Part shown: in pieces, positions 17,749-27,355 of the stretch | How the letters are laid out: every line of letters begins with the position of its first letter | Numbering within the stretch: position 1 is the stretch's first letter | From: Candidatus Magasanikiibacteriota bacterium | Lineage (GTDB): Bacteria; Patescibacteriota; Patescibacteriia; Magasanikbacterales; GWA2-37-8 | Direction: 5' to 3' | Assembly: GCA_023246725.1 (NCBI GenBank) | Contig: JAHFHV010000001.1 | Location: 13,618-77,617, forward strand | DNA: 64,000 nucleotides | The notes under the pieces: generated by a model | What the model was told of the DNA's origin: nothing | Databases searched by the model: none | What the model saw: the letters and a program-made list of their open reading frames with translations, nothing else | Program-made: the position numbers and the translations under genes

Positions 17749-19491
17749 ATGGACAAAGAACACTTAAACAATTTACGCCACTCCTGCGCCCATCTCCTCG
17801 CCGCCGCCGTGCGGAGTATTTGGCCGTCTGCCCAAAATGCCATTGGCCCCTCAATTGACGATGGGTTTTACCAGGATTTTGACATGGGAGAGGTAAAGAT
17901 TTCTGAGGCGGATTTTGAGACCATAGAAGATAAAATGCGGGGGATTTTAAAGACCTGGGATGATTTTAGCATCCACGAGGTGCCGGTGGAGCAAGCGAAA
18001 AAGGATTTCGCGTGGAATGCGTATAAGTCTGAATTGATTGATGAATTTGCCACAGCCGGCAAAATGATTACCGAAACCAGGCAGGGTGATTTTTTGGATT
18101 TATGCAAAGGCGGCCATTTGGAAAAACCAAAAGATGAGATTAAGCACTTTAAACTTCTTTCCGTGGCCGGGGCCTACTGGCGGGGAAATGAGAAAAATAA
18201 AATGTTGACCAGAATTTATGGCACCTGTTTTTTTTCCAAGCAGGAATTGTATGATTATTTGCAGATGATGGAAGAGGCCAAAAAGCGCGACCACCGCAAA
18301 TTGGGCAAAGAACTGGGATTATTTGTTACGTCTGATTTAGTTGGCCCGGGGATGCCTTTATATACTCCCAAAGGCACGATTGTTCGGGCTGAAATTATAA
18401 ATTATTCGCGCGAGCTGAATACCAAGATTGGGTTTGAGGAGGTTCACACCCCCAATATTAATAAAGCGGAATTGTTTAAAATGTCCGGCCACTACGACAA
18501 ATACAAAGATGACATGCTGATGGTGAAATCACATTATTCGGATGAGGAATATTACCTTAAGCCCATGAACTGCCCCCAGCACACGCAGATTTACGCCTCG
18601 CAGATGAGAAGCTACCGGGATTTGCCGATTCGTTTTTCCGATTTTGCCAACTTGTACCGCGATGAGCGTCCCGGGGAATTATCCGGCCTGACGCGCCTGC
18701 GCTGTTTTTGCCAGGATGACGGCCATGCTTTTTGCCGCGAGGATCAATTGGAACAGGAATTTGGCAATGTGCTTAGGGTGATTAAAGAGGCTCTTGCCAC
18801 TTACGGACTTATCTATTGGATTAGACTGTCGCTTCGCGATCCGGCTCAGATGGATAAATTTTTGGGCGATGATGCCACCTGGGAAAAGGCCGAAGCAACA
18901 CTTCGCAAGCTCATGTCACAGAATAATATTACCTGTAAAGAAGCGATTGGTGATGCCGCTTTTTATGGCCCTAAAATGGATATTGTGGCCACGGATTCCT
19001 TGGGGCGCGAATGGCAAATTTCTACCATCCAATTGGATATGCAGATGCCCGGCCGATTTGGTTTAACCTATACTGATGCGGATGGCACGGAAAAGACGCC
19101 TGTGATGATCCACCGCGCGCTGGTTGGCTCGCCCGAGCGATTTATGGCTATTTTGATTGAACATTACGCCGGAGCCTTCCCCGTATGGCTCTCGCCGGTA
19201 CAAGTTATGCTGGCGGCCGTGTCCGAAAAGCACGCGGACGGAGCGCGTAAACTGGCCGAAGAATTTAAACTAGCTGGCATTAGAGTTGAAGTAGACGATG
19301 CCAATGAGTCCATTGGTAAAAAAGTGCGTAATGCCGCCAAGCAAAAAATCCCCTATATTGTGGTAGTGGGGGATAGGGAACTAGAAGGTGGGGAGTGGAC
19401 AGTGCGCGTCCGCGGGCAGGAAGAACAAATTAAGATGAGTAAAAATGAATTTGTGGAAAAGGTTAAAAAGGAAATTACCGAACGAAGTTAA
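17749..19491 (+). CDS. thrS: Threonine--tRNA ligase, lacking N-terminal TGS domain
   Basis: Second additional domain HSCAHLLAAAV, class II motifs, anticodon-binding domain; 580 aa. Confidence 0.9.
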   Translation: MDKEHLNNLRHSCAHLLAAAVRSIWPSAQNAIGPSIDDGFYQDFDMGEVKISEADFETIEDKMRGILKTWDDFSIHEVPVEQAKKDFAWNAYKSELIDEFATAGKMITETRQGDFLDLCKGGHLEKPKDEIKHFKLLSVAGAYWRGNEKNKMLTRIYGTCFFSKQELYDYLQMMEEAKKRDHRKLGKELGLFVTSDLVGPGMPLYTPKGTIVRAEIINYSRELNTKIGFEEVHTPNINKAELFKMSGHYDKYKDDMLMVKSHYSDEEYYLKPMNCPQHTQIYASQMRSYRDLPIRFSDFANLYRDERPGELSGLTRLRCFCQDDGHAFCREDQLEQEFGNVLRVIKEALATYGLIYWIRLSLRDPAQMDKFLGDDATWEKAEATLRKLMSQNNITCKEAIGDAAFYGPKMDIVATDSLGREWQISTIQLDMQMPGRFGLTYTDADGTEKTPVMIHRALVGSPERFMAILIEHYAGAFPVWLSPVQVMLAAVSEKHADGARKLAEEFKLAGIRVEVDDANESIGKKVRNAAKQKIPYIVVVGDRELEGGEWTVRVRGQEEQIKMSKNEFVEKVKKEITERS

Positions 19492-19495
19492 CATA

Positions 19496-19530
19496 AAACC
19501 CCCCTGCCAATTTGGCAAGGGGGTTTCTCA
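19496..19530 (+). terminator. Rho-independent terminator of thrS
   Basis: aaacccccctgcc-aatttg-gcaagggggttt. Confidence 0.75.
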
Positions 19531-19535
19531 AGAAG

Positions 19536-19754
19536 CTAACTTATCCAATCCTTTAATCTATCCTTCCATTCCCGTCTGGGTATCTTAATTGTTTCGTCGT
19601 CAACCCTTTCGCGGTCAGCAGCTTGTTCTCCCGCCACTACAGCAGCTCTGATTTTATCAGTAGACTTTTTAGATTCAACCCCCCTTTTAATGGCTTCTAA
19701 ATTAGTAGATTCAGGAGGCATAAAAACCTCTTGGTGGTGAGAGTGACCTTCCAT
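19536..19754 (-). CDS. Hypothetical small acidic protein
   Basis: 72-aa ORF only; low confidence. Confidence 0.25.
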   Translation of the reverse strand: MEGHSHHQEVFMPPESTNLEAIKRGVESKKSTDKIRAAVVAGEQAADRERVDDETIKIPRREWKDRLKDWIS

Positions 19755-20156
19755 ACTATTTTAAATTAAGAGTAACCATGTTAAGCGGCTGTCTGTTTGC
19801 GCCGTAGTTGCACCGGCTTTTCTGATTCGGAGCGAAGGTCTTTAATTTCGCTTTCCTTTAGCGGCTCACTGCCTTGATCATTTTCAATGCCTTCTTCTTC
19901 CAAAAGACCCTCGATTTTTAGCTCTCGCCCGACATCTCTGTTTTGATCCACCGACCTGCCTCTTTTAAATGATTAAGGCACCAATGACTCAAAATTAATG
20001 GGTTGACTTTCCATATATTTTGCTAAAGTTAGCTAAATTATGTATATAGTATAGCATAAAATAACCTATTTGTCAACCCCCCGCCTTTTGCAAGAGGCCA
20101 GGCAAGCCTTTTTTGTTTAATTGACGCAGGAACACATCACCGCTAGAATACTAGGC

Positions 20157-21095
20157 ATGACACAACGACTTCCAAAATTAGTTGCACTGCTTGGCCCTAC
20201 GGCTTCGGGTAAAACCGATTTGGCCTTGGCTTTTGCCAAGAAATTCAACGGCGAAATTATTTCCGCGGATTCTAGGCAGGTGTTTAAAAAAATGGACATT
20301 GGTACGGCGAAGCCAAAGGGTGAATGGGAAATGGTGAATGGACGAAAGTCGTACATTGTTGAAGGCATTCCGCATTATGGCATGGATATTGTTGACCCGG
20401 GGCAGGCAGTGAGTGTGGCGGATTTTAAAAAATTGGCGCTTGAGGCCGCGAGAGACATTGCCGCTCGCGGTAAAATTCCTTTTTTAGTCGGCGGCACGGG
20501 GTTGTATATTTGGGCGGTGGTGGATAATTTGGATTTCCCTAAAATTACGCCGAATAAAAAATTACGCCGCAGTTTGGAGAAAAAATCCCTGTCTGATTTG
20601 CAAGCCCTCTTAAACACGCTCGATCCAACGGCCGCCGCCGTGGTAGACGTGAAAAATCCGCGACGTTTGATGCGGGCGCTTGAAGTAGCGATTTTGAGCG
20701 GTGAATCATTTGTTAAACAGCGACGAATAGGTCGGCCGATTTTTGACGCGCTTCAAATTGGCATTGCGTGGAATCAATCCGTTTTGCAACAACGTTGGGA
20801 GCATCGTGTGGATGAGCAAATGGCGCGCGGGCTGGTGGGAGAAACACAGGCTCTGGTAAAACAACGCTACTCCGGGAATTTGCCAAGCATGAGCAGTATT
20901 GGATACAAGCAAATTGGGAGTTACCTGCGCGGGGAGTGTACTTTGCCGGAAGCGATTGCTTTAATTAAAATCGAGACGCGGCGGTATGCCAAGCGGCAAG
21001 TGACTTGGTTTAAGCGGGATAAACGTATCCAGTGGATTGCAGGCGATGATATAACAGTAGCCGAAGGATTGGTAAAGGATTTTCTCATACCGTAG
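20157..21095 (+). CDS. miaA: tRNA dimethylallyltransferase
   Basis: LVALLGPTASGKTDLALAFA P-loop, SADSRQVFKKMDIGTAKP; start at MTQRLPKL. Confidence 0.88.
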   Translation: MTQRLPKLVALLGPTASGKTDLALAFAKKFNGEIISADSRQVFKKMDIGTAKPKGEWEMVNGRKSYIVEGIPHYGMDIVDPGQAVSVADFKKLALEAARDIAARGKIPFLVGGTGLYIWAVVDNLDFPKITPNKKLRRSLEKKSLSDLQALLNTLDPTAAAVVDVKNPRRLMRALEVAILSGESFVKQRRIGRPIFDALQIGIAWNQSVLQQRWEHRVDEQMARGLVGETQALVKQRYSGNLPSMSSIGYKQIGSYLRGECTLPEAIALIKIETRRYAKRQVTWFKRDKRIQWIAGDDITVAEGLVKDFLIP

Positions 21096-21134
21096 AGACC
21101 GGTCGCGACCGGTCCACGCATGTTTGATTGTTGT

Positions 21135-23093
21135 TCATTCCGTTAGAAGAGAAACTTCCTCGCCCATAAAGTCCATGGTTTTGCCGGTAACGGTGTCATC
21201 GGCGGTGACATGGACTTTGGAAATAAGCGTATTTTGCGTGGGGTTGTCTTTATTGAGCACAATCGTAAACGGAAGCGCCAGCGTATCCACGCTCACTGGC
21301 ATGTCCGGAATGTGCCAGGTAAGTTTCTGCGTCTTGGCGTCATAGGCAACGCTTCCCGCCGGGATTGAGGAGCTTACATAGGATAAAGCCACGTCGCCAA
21401 ACACGTCAGCCGACAGGGAAATATTCTTGAGCGCGTGGAATGAATTGGCCAGCACCCAATGCCCAGCAAATTGTTTTTTACCGGCCCCGTTTATCAAGCG
21501 CTCGGTTTTTTCGCTAAAAACAAGATCGGAATTGAGCGTAATGGCAAGACGATTGCTCTCCAAGGTTTGTTTAGCGCCGTTGTCATCAGCAAAATCAACC
21601 GCGGCTCTGGCCATAATGGCGCTTGCCGTCAGCGCCGACAGGTCAAAATTCTTGCCATCTTTAATTGGTAATCGTACATCCACCGAAATTTCCTCTCCGG
21701 GTTTTACTTTGGCCAGTTCGGGAATGGTTTGGCTATTCCACGTAATGCTCCCGCGGCGCATTGTGTCCGAAAGTTTTTTGCCAAACACATCAGCATTGTA
21801 CGGTTCGTTCAGCTCGCTCCAATTTAGCACGCTCTGGTTTTTATCATTAGCTGGGGCGTCAAATACCAGCGTTAGGCTAGCATTTTTAAGATTGTGGTCA
21901 GTGTTATTTTTAAGGCGGACCGTGGCGTTTAAGGTGTCGCCGGGCTGGGCGTCAAAATTACCGAGCGTGCCATTAATTGCCAGATTAAAGTCTAAATTAT
22001 TTTTTGACAAGGCGGTGATGATAGTACTGCTCGCCACAGTTAACACGCGGTCTGTGTTTGGGATCGAAAAGGCAATCAGGCCGGATAGTGAACTGGAAAC
22101 CGCGGTGTTGTCTGTAAATTTTCCTACCAGCTTAAATACGGTTTGCGCCAGTGTTGACGTGGCAGTCGCGGCGCTGGCCGGGCTTACTGTCCAGCGATTT
22201 TTATTAAGCCCGGGGGTGGATGAAACGAGCGTGAAACCGCTGGGCAGCTGGGGCATGAGGAAAAGCCCGGGCAGGGCGGTTAGGCCGGTGTTTTTTACAG
22301 TAAAGACATACGCAACAGCTTGGCCAAGGCTCGCCGTGTCTGGTCCGGCTAAGGCCAGGCTTAAAGGCGAGGTGGCCAAAGTAATAGCTAAAGTAGCGGC
22401 GGTTTGCAATTCGGATTTAAAGTTAGTGGGGGAATATTTTATAAACACGCGCCAGCTTTCGCTGGCCCCCAGGGGGGCGAATTCTGCTCCAGTTAAAGTT
22501 AAGGCGCCAGAGGCGCGGGGGGCCAATGTTCCGAGCGCCCATTCATTTTGTTTGGCATTAGTAGCGAGCACAGAGCTTTTGGCGAGCACGAATCCAGCGG
22601 GGTAATTAATATTAAGTCTGACATTATTCATTGCCACCGTGTCGTTATTTTTATACTCGATAGTATAAGTAACTGGAGCTCCCAGACTAACCATGGTTGG
22701 CCCGCTAATAACCACTGCCAAAGTATCTTTAGGCGGCGCTTGATGCGCCGGAGCCAGGCGCGCGCCAATCCAAATTACGATTCCAACAACTACGGCCGCT
22801 ATTAAGAGGCGCGAAAAAAACCGCCCGAAGGCCGATGATTTTTTGATGTCGATTTTTCGAACGTCAGAATCAGCGTTGTTTTTATAGAGCGACGCGAGGG
22901 TTTGATTCATTTCCGAACGCGCTGAACTGGTTTTAGCGGCAGTCATTTTTTTAGTTCTTACGGGAGTTTTGCGCCTCTCGACTACGCTCGAGGGCCGGCG
23001 TTTTTTTCCGCCCAAGGCGGATCCGCCTTGGGCGGAAGGCGGCCTAATTTCTGGTGCCGGAGTAGAAGAAAAAATCGGCGTTTCGTCTGGCAT
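21135..23093 (-). CDS. Hypothetical large exported/anchored protein with repetitive beta-rich regions
   Basis: Low-complexity basic N-terminus, TM, about 550 aa Thr/Ser/Ala/Leu-rich repeats. Confidence 0.5.
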   Translation of the reverse strand: MPDETPIFSSTPAPEIRPPSAQGGSALGGKKRRPSSVVERRKTPVRTKKMTAAKTSSARSEMNQTLASLYKNNADSDVRKIDIKKSSAFGRFFSRLLIAAVVVGIVIWIGARLAPAHQAPPKDTLAVVISGPTMVSLGAPVTYTIEYKNNDTVAMNNVRLNINYPAGFVLAKSSVLATNAKQNEWALGTLAPRASGALTLTGAEFAPLGASESWRVFIKYSPTNFKSELQTAATLAITLATSPLSLALAGPDTASLGQAVAYVFTVKNTGLTALPGLFLMPQLPSGFTLVSSTPGLNKNRWTVSPASAATATSTLAQTVFKLVGKFTDNTAVSSSLSGLIAFSIPNTDRVLTVASSTIITALSKNNLDFNLAINGTLGNFDAQPGDTLNATVRLKNNTDHNLKNASLTLVFDAPANDKNQSVLNWSELNEPYNADVFGKKLSDTMRRGSITWNSQTIPELAKVKPGEEISVDVRLPIKDGKNFDLSALTASAIMARAAVDFADDNGAKQTLESNRLAITLNSDLVFSEKTERLINGAGKKQFAGHWVLANSFHALKNISLSADVFGDVALSYVSSSIPAGSVAYDAKTQKLTWHIPDMPVSVDTLALPFTIVLNKDNPTQNTLISKVHVTADDTVTGKTMDFMGEEVSLLTE

Positions 23094-23145
23094 AGTGATT
23101 GTACAATTTATTAATAATAAAAATTTTAAAAAAATATATCAAATT

Positions 23146-23226
23146 GTCATTCTGAGTGAAACGAAGAATCTGTTTCGATTGGCCAAACAACAACCAACTA
23201 GATCCTTCGCTCTGCTCAGGATGACA
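23146..23226. repeat. MITE family 1 copy
   Basis: gtcattctgagtgaaacgaagaatct...ctgctcaggatgaca. Confidence 0.8.
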
Positions 23227-23230
23227 GACG

Positions 23231-25858
23231 CTATTTTTTCATAAGTAAACTCCACACAGTATCGCGCTCCAAAGGCTGGCTAGGAATTTTTCCGCCGTTG
23301 CTCGCCGGAACCATATCGCTCCCATCCTGCCAGACCGGCCTCCAACCATCCGGAAAAATAATTTGGCTATCAAATTTGCTCTCGGAGCCGGATTGACGCC
23401 CCACGACTAATTGGTATGAAGCGGCCTGTGCACTTGTCGATCGCTCGTTTTGAAAGGCGGTAAAGGGAAGTTTATAGACGAATTCAATGCGGCTGGTTGC
23501 CCCCGGCTCCGTAATTATCCAATTTCCAAAGGCTGTCTTGCCAAACTCTTCGGTAACGCGCGTGCCGGTACGCGCCTCAATGCCGATCTCGGTTTCTTTG
23601 GCAGTTAGGGCGGCGTCGGTTACGGCCCAGGGGTCGGGAACGCGAAAGAGCGTCTCGTTTGGCCAGCTAAAACCGCTGACCGAAATAAGCGCGCTGCCTT
23701 TGGGAACATATAGGCGGAGATAATCTATATTGGCAGTACCGTACAATTTTTCGCCAAAGGCACCAGTATGCTCGCGCATAATGGTGACGGTATTGGTAAT
23801 GGTGCCATTTTCTTCAACCACTGCCTGGTGGCTGATATTTTGTTTAATTTTACTATCGGATTTTTCCCCCTGGATATTGGTATTAATGGCCATGAGAAAA
23901 TCTTGGTCCGCTCGCGTTGTGGGCACAGCTCCGCTCCAGCCTAAGGCAACCAAGGCGCTCTCGGCCTCTTCGTCGGTATTATAGAGCTGAATTTCTTTTT
24001 GCTCCAGCGCGTTTTCAAGCTGGTGTAAAACTCCCAGGAGCGAGCCCAGCGGGGCTTTTTGAATAGTGTCCAAAAGATTAGGCGCCAGATCAGCCAGAAT
24101 TTGTTTGGGAGTATTGGCAGTTTTCTCCGGGCCGGTTTCAATAATTTTTTCTAAGATGGGGAGTGCGCTCTCGGCCGAGAGTGTGAGCGAACGGGAGTTA
24201 TCGGTTAAAGGGCCAAGCACACTAAGAAGCCTTTCCAACACCGTTCCATTAATCGCAATCACCCCATCCAAGGTTACGCCGCGGCTATGGCGGTAAAACC
24301 ACAGCATCTTGTCCGCGCTGGCGGGGAAGTCCGGAAACCAGTTAGCGTCCTGGAATTCCCAGCGCTTGTTGGCAAGGAGCAGAGGCGTGGGCGGTTTTAC
24401 GTACGCGTTGAGCTGTCCTTGCAAATCGTAGCTGCCGCCGGGGGGCAATTTAAAGCTTAACAGCTGGCCATCTTTTACCTCAATTACGGCAAAACTGCCC
24501 ATAAAGCCGCCAGTCGGTCGCAATTCGTGCTGGTTTTGGAAAACCAGCAGAAAGCGCCGCCGGCCAGTCTGCCCTAAAAATTCTTTCAGGGGCCCCGCCA
24601 GCTCTGTAATTACTTCCAGGTCGTGGCTGATCGCATTCACCACTTTTTTAACATTGGCAAAATCGGCCTGATGCTCTGCCGGCAGCACGCTGATATCCAC
24701 GCGCGCTAATTTTTTCTGGGCCGCCTGGTAATGAGGCAAGGTGGCTTTGACGCCAGCCAGAATTGGTTCCAAGTGTCCAAGGAGCGTAGCGCCCGGCGCT
24801 ATGTTTCCTTGGCCAAGAGACGAAAAGAGATAGGAATTTCCGAGAGCAATATCTGCGCCGGCCAGCAGTACGTTTTCTTTACTGGTAATATTGTTGCCTA
24901 CTCTGGGGAGCATCGCGGCCACGGTGGCCAAAAATCCATGCTTGGTTTGCAGCAGGCTCGCGGCTTTGTTAAGCTGCTTAAGGGCAAGGTCTGTAGTTTC
25001 TTCGGCTAAGGAAATATTACCGCCTCTTAAGGCGTCGGTGGAATTTTTTAACGAAGCAAACCCGGCTAAACTTTGCGCGGTAATTTCGTTAGTATCATCT
25101 TTCAGGCTGGTAACATAACCAAAACTGGCGCGCGGCAGAATAATAACCAAGACAATAACAGCGAGCGCCCAGCGGAGTTTAAAATTTTGTTTTGTAATGA
25201 GGCGAGAAAGCAGTGTGTCATTTCGAGTCCTATGGTCCCGCGGCGAGCGGGATCCGCGATCCTTCGGGATCAGGACAATCCCCTCGTTTTCAGAAAGAGC
25301 TCTGTAATCAGTGGGATCGCCACGCCCCGCTTGAGCGGGGCTCGCGATGACAATAGCACGCTTCACCACCTTCTCTTTTTTGTCATGCCACCACTCACCG
25401 CACGCAGTTACCATTTGTTGTAAGTGTGATATTGGTTTTAAAGAATCAAACCTACTAGGACTTGCTTGGTCTTGATCTAAATCTTGATCGACACTTTGTG
25501 CAAACAATCTTTCGGGCGCACTCGGCAGTTTATGATAATAATGGTAGAGCGGATTTTGAGAATCAACGGGAGCCGCGGCGGTAACATTTTTCCACACCTC
25601 TTTTTTATGGTGGCGCATGTCAATAACATAGGGCGAGGCGGCGGACGCGTGACTAACATGGTGCACAAAAAATTTCAGCGGCGTTCTTGAAACAGGCGCT
25701 GGCGGAGGCGTCGTTGAAGTTGGAGCGCTGGGAAGGACAACAACAGGGCAAGTGGCTTTATTGTGGCCAGCTTTTTTACAGCTGCCGCAGCGGCGCAGTT
25801 GGCGAGAGGGTGATTCTTTGGACATGAAAAACAAACAATGGGAATGGAAAATTCTCAT
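23231..25858 (-). CDS. Hypothetical large single-pass membrane protein with N-terminal CCHC zinc-knuckle
   Basis: CGSCKKAGHNKATC (C-X2-C-X4-H-X4-C), TM WALAVIVLVIIL, about 640-aa extracytoplasmic domain; alternative start 25825; possible leaderless (tataat 5 nt before ATG 25858). Confidence 0.55.
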   Translation of the reverse strand: MRIFHSHCLFFMSKESPSRQLRRCGSCKKAGHNKATCPVVVLPSAPTSTTPPPAPVSRTPLKFFVHHVSHASAASPYVIDMRHHKKEVWKNVTAAAPVDSQNPLYHYYHKLPSAPERLFAQSVDQDLDQDQASPSRFDSLKPISHLQQMVTACGEWWHDKKEKVVKRAIVIASPAQAGRGDPTDYRALSENEGIVLIPKDRGSRSPRDHRTRNDTLLSRLITKQNFKLRWALAVIVLVIILPRASFGYVTSLKDDTNEITAQSLAGFASLKNSTDALRGGNISLAEETTDLALKQLNKAASLLQTKHGFLATVAAMLPRVGNNITSKENVLLAGADIALGNSYLFSSLGQGNIAPGATLLGHLEPILAGVKATLPHYQAAQKKLARVDISVLPAEHQADFANVKKVVNAISHDLEVITELAGPLKEFLGQTGRRRFLLVFQNQHELRPTGGFMGSFAVIEVKDGQLLSFKLPPGGSYDLQGQLNAYVKPPTPLLLANKRWEFQDANWFPDFPASADKMLWFYRHSRGVTLDGVIAINGTVLERLLSVLGPLTDNSRSLTLSAESALPILEKIIETGPEKTANTPKQILADLAPNLLDTIQKAPLGSLLGVLHQLENALEQKEIQLYNTDEEAESALVALGWSGAVPTTRADQDFLMAINTNIQGEKSDSKIKQNISHQAVVEENGTITNTVTIMREHTGAFGEKLYGTANIDYLRLYVPKGSALISVSGFSWPNETLFRVPDPWAVTDAALTAKETEIGIEARTGTRVTEEFGKTAFGNWIITEPGATSRIEFVYKLPFTAFQNERSTSAQAASYQLVVGRQSGSESKFDSQIIFPDGWRPVWQDGSDMVPASNGGKIPSQPLERDTVWSLLMKK
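25217..25352. repeat. Two adjacent MITE family 1-type palindromic elements inserted in-frame in CDS 23231..25858
   Basis: gtcatttcgag...ggatcaggaca and ...gccacgccccgcttgagcggggctcgcgatgaca; the latter matches half-copy at 48035-48072; encodes linker between Zn-knuckle and TM. Confidence 0.7.
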
Positions 25859-25993
25859 TCTTTATTATACACTACTTATGCACAATTCCCAAGCCTTGTT
25901 TTAGTGTTGCCATTTCTAGGCGCGGGGAGTATTATTATAGCGGTAGCGGTGTTAGATATTGCGAAGATATTAAGAGAATATTAAAAAAATATT

Positions 25994-27205
25994 ATGTTAT
26001 ATTTAAGCGAGCTTTTAAAACGCCCGATTCGCGACAGTTCGGACACCAAAGTCGGGCGGCTTGTGGATATTGTGATTAGTCCCCGGGCCGGGGAGTATCC
26101 GCCGCTCTTGTTTTTGGTTATGGAAGCAAAGCGGACTGAACAGCGGATTTTTATTTCGTATGCCTATGTGGCTAATGTAAGCCGCGAAGAAATTGCCTTA
26201 AAACATTTGTTTAAAACCATTCCCGAAGGCGCTCCAGCCGACGGAGCGGTGTGGTTGTGCCGCGATATTTTGGACGAACAGATTGTGGATGTGGAAGGCG
26301 CGCGGGTGGTACGCGTCAACGACTTGCGTCTGGGGACTTTTGAAAATCAATTATGCGTGCTGGGGATTGACGTGAGTTTTAAAGGGCTCCTGCGCCGTCT
26401 TGGCCTCTCGGGTATGGATGTGTTTGAGATGTGGCCAGTTAATTTAATTGACTGGCGGAAAGCGCAACTCGTCAAGGGGGTATTAAAGCTGGATACGATT
26501 TTAAAAGATTTGGTAAAAATCCACCCGGCTGACCTGGCTAACATTGTGGAAGATTTGAGTTTGAAGCAAGGTGGCAAACTGGTGAGAAGTTTGGATGCCG
26601 CGGCCGCGGCGCATGTTTTGGAAGAACTGGATCCGCATATTCAAAAAACTCTGGTGCATTATTTGGGGCCGGAGCGGGCCTCCCAGATTGTAGCGCAAAT
26701 GTCGGTTGATGAGACGGTTGATCTGTTAAAAATGCTGCCCAAACAAGAGGCAACGGAATTTTTGTCGTACATCCAGGGCAGCAAGCTGGCCAAGGTTAAA
26801 AAATTGATCAGTTACTCCGAAGACAGCGCCGGCGGGCTTATGACTACTGAGCACGTGGCGGCCCGGCCGGATTGGACCGTACTTCAGACCATTGACGAGG
26901 TACGCCGCTTATCGGACCGCATGCGTTCCATTGTGCATGTGTATATAACCGATGATGAGGGTTATTTTAAAGGTTCGGTGTCGCTCCGGCGCCTGCTGTT
27001 GGCGCGCCCGGGCGACGCGCTTAAAAATATTATGAAACGCCTGCCCAAACGCAACGTATTAAAAATTGATGATTCGATTAATAAAGTAATTAAAATGATG
27101 ACTAAATACGATTTGTACACCGCGGCCGTTTTGGACAAAGAGCATAAACTGGTGGGAGTCGTAACGATTGACGACGTGATGCGACACCTGGTGCCAAATG
27201 CCTAA
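25994..27205 (+). CDS. Soluble PRC-barrel + MgtE-N + CBS-pair protein, no membrane domain
   Basis: MgtE N-domain-like acidic helical region, tandem CBS; lacks MgtE TM helices. Confidence 0.65.
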   Translation: MLYLSELLKRPIRDSSDTKVGRLVDIVISPRAGEYPPLLFLVMEAKRTEQRIFISYAYVANVSREEIALKHLFKTIPEGAPADGAVWLCRDILDEQIVDVEGARVVRVNDLRLGTFENQLCVLGIDVSFKGLLRRLGLSGMDVFEMWPVNLIDWRKAQLVKGVLKLDTILKDLVKIHPADLANIVEDLSLKQGGKLVRSLDAAAAAHVLEELDPHIQKTLVHYLGPERASQIVAQMSVDETVDLLKMLPKQEATEFLSYIQGSKLAKVKKLISYSEDSAGGLMTTEHVAARPDWTVLQTIDEVRRLSDRMRSIVHVYITDDEGYFKGSVSLRRLLLARPGDALKNIMKRLPKRNVLKIDDSINKVIKMMTKYDLYTAAVLDKEHKLVGVVTIDDVMRHLVPNA

Positions 27206-27228
27206 ACACGAGACACAAGAAAACCAGT

Positions 27229-27324
27229 TGTCATTCTGAGCAAAGCGAAGAATCTCTGTCCATCATTCACTTACAATAGAGCAATTGAACGAGACAGAGA
27301 TCCTTCACTGCGTTCAGGATGACA
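27229..27324. repeat. MITE family 1 copy
   Basis: gtcattctgagcaaagcgaagaatctc ... gttcaggatgaca. Confidence 0.8.
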
Positions 27325-27355
27325 GAAAAAAAGCGTTCCGCAGTCCAAAATAAAT

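Noticed and set aside
17658-17858. 66-aa ORF on + strand upstream of thrS
   Set aside because: Lies within the T-box terminator/leader and out of frame with thrS; no RBS.
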